NCBI GenBank assembly: GCA_000091205.1 | Contig: AP006490.2 | Reading direction: 5' to 3' (one strand) | Source: Cyanidioschyzon merolae | Lineage: Eukaryota | DNA length: 64,000 nucleotides | Part shown: piece by piece, positions 57,253 through 64,000 of the stretch | Layout of the letters: each line of letters starts with the position of its first letter | How positions within the stretch are numbered: the first letter of the stretch is position 1 | Translations under genes and position numbers: made by a program | The notes under the pieces: model-generated | Told to the model about the DNA's origin: nothing | The model's input: the letters and a program-made list of their open reading frames with translations, nothing else | Databases searched by the model: none

Positions 57253-58556
57253 GTCTTTCTGACTTAAGTTGCCTTCAATGCCTCTTCCGCGCGCTTGGGT
57301 GCTGCGATGGCTATAATATTCGTGTTTCTGGGGTCCGCGCCAACGACAACGTCGTTCTCATGTACTTCTCGCGTCGCATGACCCGCCTCCTTCTCATCTT
57401 CATGCTTCGCCGCATCAACGACAAAGTCGGTCTCCTGCACCTCCTGCGTCGCAGGTTCCGCATCCTTCTTTTCTTCATGCTTCGCCGAGTGCGAAGCCGA
57501 AGACGGAACTGGACGATCCGCCTTCAAGAGCCGATAGTGTGCACATACGGGTACTCCATCGCTTTCGGTTATCCCCGTGAATATCTTTTTCTTGCCCTTA
57601 TTGAGACGTTTGAAGTCGGATATAGTTTTCCAAGAAGTCTAGAGGTTTCCACCAATAGATGCCTCCCCGCTTACATCTAACTCCGAACTGATCTCCAGCA
57701 TTACGTTGTGAATGTCGCTGGCGTCGATTGTCACAAAATGTGACTTGACGCCGCCGAGAGCAACGACGCTGAAGCGCCTCTCCGGAAACACAGCCATCCG
57801 TTTCGCCGACTCTCTATTTTCCCCCTACTCATCTGCAGTTCGGCCTTGCGTTCGAATTCTCGGTTCAGGAACACGAAATAGCGCAGGATGAGGGGATAAT
57901 ATCTTTTTCCATATCTGATACCTATTCTGCTGGGCTGACCAGCCCCAGGACCGCACGGTGCTCTTGAGCAGCCGCAGGGATCACAGAAGCTGCATTCGTG
58001 CTCTTGGTTGATGTCTTCTTGTCGACAAATTCGATCTCCTGTCCATTCTTACTATCGTTCGTGATGCTGGCAATGATGGTCCATCTCGCCCAGTGTGAGA
58101 CGCCCAAGTAGAGAGCAAAATTGGAGCGTTTCATGAAGCGTTCCAGGTTCATGGCCATATGGGTCTTTAGGTTCGTGAGGGACTTGATCGCCCCGTATTC
58201 GTAAATACGCGAGTCACCCCTCTATCGAGTACCGTTGAAGCGGTAGTTGGAGTGATGTTCGTGGAGGGCATGTAATCGCTCATTTCTCATCGACATTTAC
58301 CCTGTGCCAAATATTAGGTCACCAATAAAGGTCTTGTTGAAAAACTCTTCCGGAATCTCGAATATTTTGATGTGCGTGACGTCGCGATACATCTCCCTCG
58401 CCATATACATCAGTCCCAAAGAGGCGTAATTAACACTCCTGGAGTACGACTCCACACGGTTTCTGACGGCCTTTTGCGTCTCTTGCTCGTAGGGGTCCTT
58501 GATATGTCCAAGAAGACAGGCGTTCACTACCATCTCGTCGTACTCTCATCTTTCAT

Positions 58557-59698
58557 GCAGCATGTGACATCGGACCTCCTGCATCTGCTTCTTCGTTTTC
58601 TCGTGTTCCTCTTTGCTCGGCGCGGTTTTTCTTTTTTTCCCGGCGGCCGGCAACATCGGCCCTTCAGGATCCCGACTTGCATGTGCGCTGCTTTCCTTTG
58701 GCGTTTTTATTTCGTCAAGATGATCGCACGTCTTCTTGCTCTTAGATGGGGCCTTCTCGGAGGGAGGGGGACTTTCGCAAGAAAAGCGACATGTGCCCCC
58801 ATGTTTTAGCGTGTGCAGAACGCTCAGCGATTTACCCAGCGCAGTGTTCATCAAAATTCTCGATAGAAAACGCTCCTTAGATGCGGCCGAACCACGGCGT
58901 GTACGAAGTAATGAGAAGCAACCCTATCCCTACAGATTCGGCAAAGACTCGAACGCAAGGGGAACGGTAAAACATCACGTTGCCCGACAGAGGGATGTTT
59001 CCAGACGTCAGGGGAAGAGTCTGCAATGATTCGACGCAGTGGTCGGTACCGTTGTATGACCGCTATCTACGAGCGAAGCTGAGGCCACCAGATGAATCCA
59101 CTCCACCCGTACCAGATGATATTCTCGTTCTCTTTGAGTTCGATCATACACACTATGGGCGCCCTGCTCCGCGAATACCCATGTACGCTCCGACAGTATC
59201 GTCCGAAGCAAGTCTCATTGACTAGAAAAACAAATCGATGCCCCTGCGCTTCAAACCGATCGCGACGATCCGAAGACGCTGTTGTTGCGATGTCGTTGGA
59301 CGATGGCCGAGCGTGAAATTGGTATTCGTTTTTCCGACTGTATCGCAGTGATTTCAGGACCACACGAACAAGCTGGTGAGTAAGAGAGACACCCGTTGTG
59401 GCTTCTATCATCGCTTTTGCCTTCCACGCGGTGATGAATCGGTTGTTTTTTACCACGGACCCCAAGCACGCTTTGTGAATATCGGTTTTTTGATACGGAG
59501 CGGGTGTAGTGGTTTCTTTCGGTGTTCCTCAACCAGCTGAGTACTCTCGAAAGACTGACCTGAAGGAGGAATACATTACTTGCACGCTTCAGTCAAGGAT
59601 ATATATCCTACATGCAAATCGCCTATGTTCTATACGGTACATTGCAGAGTGATATCGATCTCCTCCTATACACTGCAGCAGGGGTGAAACGTAATTGA
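58557..59698. repeat. left arm of a long inverted repeat (identical at the protein level to 62859..64000)
   Basis: All ORF pairs mirror with x+y=122557 and identical translations: 59251..59532 with 63025..63306, 59067..59465 with 63092..63490, 59092..59316 with 63241..63465, 58980..59225 with 63332..63577, 58736..59029 with 63528..63821, and 58372..58809 with 63748..63993. The inner junction, checked base by base, is TCAATTACGTTTCACCCCTGCTGCAGTG. The arm probably extends further left; the window end limits the comparison. Confidence 0.9.
59067..59465 (-). pseudogene. Tc1/mariner-like transposase fragment (in left inverted-repeat arm)
   Basis: ...ITAWKAKAMIEATTGVSLTHQLVRVVLKSLRYSRKNEYQFHARP...HRFVFLVNETCFGRYCRSVHGYSRSRAPIVCMIELKENENIIWYGWSGFIWWPQL shows an HTH followed by the DDE_3 first-D region. 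The first D is mutated to N (NET, against DDT in the 2578 copy). Truncated. Confidence 0.5.
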
Positions 59699-59996
59699 GT
59701 TGAAAGAGCGCAGCTGGGAACATCGACTGTGTCGCAGTTCGCGCGCCCTGTACCGCCATTGAAATCATCGCGATCGCCGCGCTAGCGCGGGACACCATCG
59801 ATCCGATCCGCATGGCAGCTCGCGGGACGTCATCGATCCAACGGAAAACTATTTTTCGACGGACTGCTCGCATCATGAGGGTCTTTGAGAGCCTCAAATA
59901 TTAGGCTGAAGTGAAGTTTCGCTAACAATTTGGGTCCTTGCTGCTTTAAGTTGAGGTGTTTTGGTTTAGTGAGCACCTCATCTTGGGACGAATTGG

Positions 59997-62300
59997 ATGA
60001 TCCCCCGAAAACTTCCAACCAGCGAAACTCGATCGAAGCCTCCGAGCTTCGGCCATAGAGCTGGACAACGTCACCGCACGCAGCTTGTGGAACGTCAGGG
60101 AGGTCAGGAGTGGAAACACGATCATTTGGGAGAGTCCACAGAAGGCCGGTCGGTTTGTTCCTGTGAAGCTTGCCGGACACTGAGCCTAGCCGGTTTCCCG
60201 AACAGCAGCAACAGCAGCAACAGCAGCAACAGCAGCAGCAGCAGCCTCTCTGAGCTCGAGGACCGTCCACAGTGTATTGGTGGCTACTCTAGTTCTAGTG
60301 GTGGGGCCGCAGAAGGAGTCGATCAATACGTATGGGAACTGCATGAGGGTTTCAATATGGGGACACCAACCCAAACAATACAGCGTCCTGCTGAGTGTCC
60401 TAGCTTCGGTTACGGTGCTTTTCGTTCCAGACGAGCAGACTCTGGAAGCGAGCCCCTTGCTAATGAACCACTCGAAACCATGCGGGACCTCTCCATTCAT
60501 GATGCCGCGTCTCATGATACGCAAAAGCTGCCATCGATGAAGCACCGCGCTGGAGACGTGAGCTCAGTTACTGTTCCGTCAACGAATGCTAAATTTGCGG
60601 TAGCAGGGCATTCGGATGCACCGAAAATTTTCAGTTCTCCTGAGGCGGAAGCACGCCTACTGCCCTGTAGCTCATACGCAGACTCGGCTACAACGGGCTC
60701 TTCTTCATTGCATGAAGGCTTGGTTCAGCTTGATGTTGTCGATTATCGAATGCGCATAGTCTCGAAACAAATTTCGAGCAGCATGCCTGTCTACGAAACT
60801 AGGCAACTCTCAACGTCCCGCGCGAGTTCTCGGAACACGGCGGTGCTTGGACGTCTCTGGTCAGTCGCGTCACTTGGAGTCAACAGACCTAATGAGGACC
60901 GTTGGCACGTAGAACGCCAGCGTCTGATATGCGATTTCCAGTCATACGCGCCTTTCAAGCTTTCGCAAGCCAGTCTAAGATCTGAGGCGGGCACAAGCTC
61001 GGTCGCCGCTCTCAAAAGCGTGAAATGCAGCGGATCGGCTGTGGGTTTCACACGACCAGCAACTCCGCCTGGGAGTCACGATGTGGCAGAGTGTGAAGTC
61101 GCTGACTGCGACAGCGGTTTCGAATCTGATGACTCGTTTACGGTGGGCTTGTTTGATGGACACGAAGGAGCCACGTGCTGCGAGCTAGTTGGCGAACTGC
61201 TTCTAGAAACGATTCGAGACCGATGCACTAAGAATGGAAAATATACGACTATGCTCCAGGAGCTTGGAATTGAAGGCTTTGCAAGATGTCTGATAGAGAC
61301 GTTTGAATTTGTCGACAAGAAGATCCTGGAGCTCCTCTGGGAACATCTAGAGCGAAGTGGCGACGGACATTTTGCAATAACAGGAGCCTGTTGCATAACA
61401 GCAACGCTGATGAATGGTGGAAGGGATCTCTTCGTTGCCTCGCTAGGAGACTGTGAGGCCTATTTGGGCCGTCGATGTTGCGCGGCTGCGGAGCTCCCGC
61501 ATCCTCAAGAAGGAGCGAATAAGCGTATGGCTCGAAAAAATTTCGAAGCGATTCGGCTGTGTCGCTCACATAATCTTCGAATCAGCGAGAATTCGAAAGC
61601 TCTCATGGAGCGGTTTCCCAACGATCCCTCCGTAGTGCAGAAAATAGGCAATAATTTTTTCGTCAAAGGCAAGCTGCAGGTATCGCACGCCTTTGGAAAT
61701 GGATACCTGAAAGAGCAAAGATTCAACGAGCGACTCTACCCTATTTTTAGGGCGAAGTCACCTTACTGTGGAGGATACGTGTCCGCAACTCCGCATGTTG
61801 AGCATGTGTCCTTGATGGATCGGGACGAATTTCTGATTTTAGGAACGGATGGATTCTGGGAGAACGCTGAACCAGAGGTAGTCGTCGAGCTTTTGGGTCA
61901 CTTTTTTCACGATCGGGAGATTCTGGAGGGGAATCTAGACCAGATCTCAATAGATCCAAGAAGGGCAAGCGAGCTCTTGATGCAGTACGTGTGGCTTCGC
62001 CTCCACGACAGTATAGAACCCGCGAGCTTGCGTACAGCGGGCCAGACTGGTGGCAAAAGCAGTGGAAGCTGTGCTGCTGAGCCGCGCCCTCAGCTTCGTG
62101 ACGACTGCTCAGTTCTGGTTTTATTCCTCCGTCCAACGGAGATCGGGGATGCAGAAGAAGCCATATCATACACAGGCAATATGGATTGTACAGATTTTTG
62201 TGAGCAACTAGATGGTGATACCAAGGAGCGCATTCAACGTCTGCGAGCATCGATTTCCGAATGGATGCGCACATATGGCGAGCATTCCGATGAAATATGA
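59997..62300 (+). CDS. PP2C-family Ser/Thr protein phosphatase with long disordered Ser/Asn-rich N-terminal half
   Basis: 767 aa with a confirmed ATG. PP2C motifs in the C-terminal half: FTVGLFDGHEGATCCELV, LFVASLGDCEAYLGRR, QVSHAFGNGYLK, FLILGTDGFWENAEPE. The N-terminal half is low-complexity (NSSNSSNSSNSSSSS). Lies entirely within the 3.16-kb spacer between the inverted-repeat arms. Confidence 0.85.
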   Translation: MIPRKLPTSETRSKPPSFGHRAGQRHRTQLVERQGGQEWKHDHLGESTEGRSVCSCEACRTLSLAGFPNSSNSSNSSNSSSSSLSELEDRPQCIGGYSSSSGGAAEGVDQYVWELHEGFNMGTPTQTIQRPAECPSFGYGAFRSRRADSGSEPLANEPLETMRDLSIHDAASHDTQKLPSMKHRAGDVSSVTVPSTNAKFAVAGHSDAPKIFSSPEAEARLLPCSSYADSATTGSSSLHEGLVQLDVVDYRMRIVSKQISSSMPVYETRQLSTSRASSRNTAVLGRLWSVASLGVNRPNEDRWHVERQRLICDFQSYAPFKLSQASLRSEAGTSSVAALKSVKCSGSAVGFTRPATPPGSHDVAECEVADCDSGFESDDSFTVGLFDGHEGATCCELVGELLLETIRDRCTKNGKYTTMLQELGIEGFARCLIETFEFVDKKILELLWEHLERSGDGHFAITGACCITATLMNGGRDLFVASLGDCEAYLGRRCCAAAELPHPQEGANKRMARKNFEAIRLCRSHNLRISENSKALMERFPNDPSVVQKIGNNFFVKGKLQVSHAFGNGYLKEQRFNERLYPIFRAKSPYCGGYVSATPHVEHVSLMDRDEFLILGTDGFWENAEPEVVVELLGHFFHDREILEGNLDQISIDPRRASELLMQYVWLRLHDSIEPASLRTAGQTGGKSSGSCAAEPRPQLRDDCSVLVLFLRPTEIGDAEEAISYTGNMDCTDFCEQLDGDTKERIQRLRASISEWMRTYGEHSDEI
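60201..60246 (+). repeat. (AGC/CAG)n-type trinucleotide microsatellite inside the PP2C coding region
   Basis: AACAGCAGCAACAGCAGCAACAGCAGCAACAGCAGCAGCAGCAGC encodes NSSNSSNSSNSSSSS. The opposite strand gives the poly-Cys artefact ORF 59830..60270. Confidence 0.8.
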
Positions 62301-62858
62301 ACATCAGCACAAACCTGAAGATGCAGCCAGTCGTGCATATTGTGAAGCGGTCTTCTCGTTCCTAGTTGTTACTGCAGGAGATTGCTTGTCCGGCTGATGC
62401 TGGGTCTCACGTATGTTAAGGGCGAGAGCAATCAAAGTGTAACCTCCGTCGAATGACAAAGGGAGCGCAACGATTGCACCTCTGTGGAACGCGGAACTCA
62501 CTGCTCTCAACGCTTCGCAGAACGACGTGGGCCATCAGCTCGGTGCGCATGTTTGCTTTGCAGCTCTCGAGAATCAAATGAACTGCTGGCGTAGCGCAAA
62601 ATAGTGCCCAATTCGCGCGCTAGTGCTTGCGTAAATTTACAAATCGTCGGGATAGAGAATTTCTCAAGTCGGCGTCAGAACAGCCCGTTCTGCCACAATC
62701 CTACACGGTGCAGCTCCACATAAAACCCTTTTCCCAACCGATCCACGAATCCGACAAGACTTTTGCTCACTTGTGGCGCAATTCTGCGAAACATGGACTG
62801 AGCAAAGGAGAAGAAGGAGCCTGTCGCTTATTCTCGTGTACAACTAACGTCTTTCGAA

Positions 62859-64000
62859 TCAATTACGTTTCACCCCTGCTGCAGTGTATAGGAGGAGATC
62901 GATATCACTCTGCAATGTACCGTATAGAACATAGGCGATTTGCATGTAGGATATATATCCTTGACTGAAGCGTGCAAGTAATGTATTCCTCCTTCAGGTC
63001 AGTCTTTCGAGAGTACTCAGCTGGTTGAGGAACACCGAAAGAAACCACTACACCCGCTCCGTATCAAAAAACCGATATTCACAAAGCGTGCTTGGGGTCC
63101 GTGGTAAAAAACAACCGATTCATCACCGCGTGGAAGGCAAAAGCGATGATAGAAGCCACAACGGGTGTCTCTCTTACTCACCAGCTTGTTCGTGTGGTCC
63201 TGAAATCACTGCGATACAGTCGGAAAAACGAATACCAATTTCACGCTCGGCCATCGTCCAACGACATCGCAACAACAGCGTCTTCGGATCGTCGCGATCG
63301 GTTTGAAGCGCAGGGGCATCGATTTGTTTTTCTAGTCAATGAGACTTGCTTCGGACGATACTGTCGGAGCGTACATGGGTATTCGCGGAGCAGGGCGCCC
63401 ATAGTGTGTATGATCGAACTCAAAGAGAACGAGAATATCATCTGGTACGGGTGGAGTGGATTCATCTGGTGGCCTCAGCTTCGCTCGTAGATAGCGGTCA
63501 TACAACGGTACCGACCACTGCGTCGAATCATTGCAGACTCTTCCCCTGACGTCTGGAAACATCCCTCTGTCGGGCAACGTGATGTTTTACCGTTCCCCTT
63601 GCGTTCGAGTCTTTGCCGAATCTGTAGGGATAGGGTTGCTTCTCATTACTTCGTACACGCCGTGGTTCGGCCGCATCTAAGGAGCGTTTTCTATCGAGAA
63701 TTTTGATGAACACTGCGCTGGGTAAATCGCTGAGCGTTCTGCACACGCTAAAACATGGGGGCACATGTCGCTTTTCTTGCGAAAGTCCCCCTCCCTCCGA
63801 GAAGGCCCCATCTAAGAGCAAGAAGACGTGCGATCATCTTGACGAAATAAAAACGCCAAAGGAAAGCAGCGCACATGCAAGTCGGGATCCTGAAGGGCCG
63901 ATGTTGCCGGCCGCCGGGAAAAAAAGAAAAACCGCGCCGAGCAAAGAGGAACACGAGAAAACGAAGAAGCAGATGCAGGAGGTCCGATGTCACATGCTGC
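62859..64000. repeat. right arm of the long inverted repeat (second, inverted copy of the Tc1-like/Fanzor-like element; truncated by the window edge)
   Basis: Mirror image of 58557..59698. Contains the Tc1-like fragment (63092..63490 +) and the start of the KRKT-rich ORF (~63703 onward, open to the window edge). Confidence 0.9.
63092..63490 (+). pseudogene. Tc1/mariner-like transposase fragment (in right inverted-repeat arm)
   Basis: Amino-acid sequence identical to 59067..59465 on the opposite strand. Confidence 0.5.

Larger units (their letters stand above)
56425..59698 (-). mobile_element. composite Tc1/mariner-like + Fanzor1/TnpB-like element (copy d), most complete copy but frameshifted
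   Basis: Along the minus strand it reads as a Tc1-like transposase fragment (59465 to 59067), then a Lys/Arg-rich NLS-like ORF (58854 to 58546, ...AAGKKRKTAPSKEEHEKTKKQ...), then ORFs at 58533 to 58297 (KTFIGDLIFG), 58158 to 57922 and 57527 to 57264. Next comes a RuvC-II region (57252 to 56731) and a RuvC-III region (56728 to 56423). It ends with CCGGTC-GAAAGA-GACTGG hairpin plus GGGAGGCGTCTG at plus 56438-56477. The inner end at 59698 is the inverted-repeat junction. Confidence 0.55.

Noticed and set aside
59830-60270. Minus-strand ORF with a CCCCCCCCCCCCCC run
   Set aside because: Reverse-frame reading of the (CAG/AGC)n microsatellite inside the PP2C gene.
1-64000. CRISPR arrays or prokaryotic operon structure
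   Set aside because: None present. Gene content (CPSF73, RPB6, RUVBL1, forkhead, ALG6/8) and organisation are eukaryotic. The only direct repeats are the satellite and the transposon-derived copies.

Overview
This 64-kb window reads as eukaryotic nuclear DNA with about 52% GC. About 17 apparently single-exon protein-coding genes sit on both strands, with short intergenic spacers and two gene-poor stretches of 4-8 kb. CpG-ending codons (GCG, ACG, TCG, CCG) are common. I could not resolve the lineage: the genes mix opisthokont-like and plastid/bacterial-like features. The ORF track translates TTG/GTG starts as M (checked at 50030-50032, 50014-50016, 10721-10723 and 46574-46576), so 5' ends were moved to the first in-frame ATG where I checked, and coordinates may be off by one or two bases.

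Genes recognised from motifs:
- fucosyltransferase-like Golgi glycosyltransferase, 3740-5677 +
- SufS-type cysteine desulfurase with an N-terminal presequence, 9188-10708 -
- thiamine pyrophosphokinase, 14562-15317 +
- RNA polymerase subunit RPB6, 16464-16964 -
- large helical-repeat protein, possibly APC5-like, 19379-22198 +
- RCC1-repeat protein, 23187-24560 -
- CPSF73, 25784-28033 -
- bacterial-type YbjQ/DUF74, 31679-32026 -
- RuvB-like 1, 36431-37909 +
- organellar RF1, 40832-42112 +
- MT-A70 methyltransferase fused to four ZZ zinc fingers, 46607-48487 +
- FHA-forkhead factor, 49193-50011 -
- ALG6/ALG8 glucosyltransferase, 50032-51501 +
- PP2C phosphatase, 59997-62300 +
- several hypothetical ORFs

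The most interesting content is a multi-copy family of decayed Fanzor/TnpB-like (OMEGA-type RuvC nuclease) elements: five copies plus one solo 3' fragment. Two copies are linked to Tc1/mariner-like transposase remnants. All share a 3' hairpin followed by GGGAGG-N-GTCTGCG, which may be an omega-RNA/right-end module. Four of five copies end 0-290 bp upstream of, and co-oriented with, the next host gene. A perfect inverted repeat of at least 1.14 kb, made from this element, flanks the PP2C gene. A 139-bp tandem satellite lies at the left edge.
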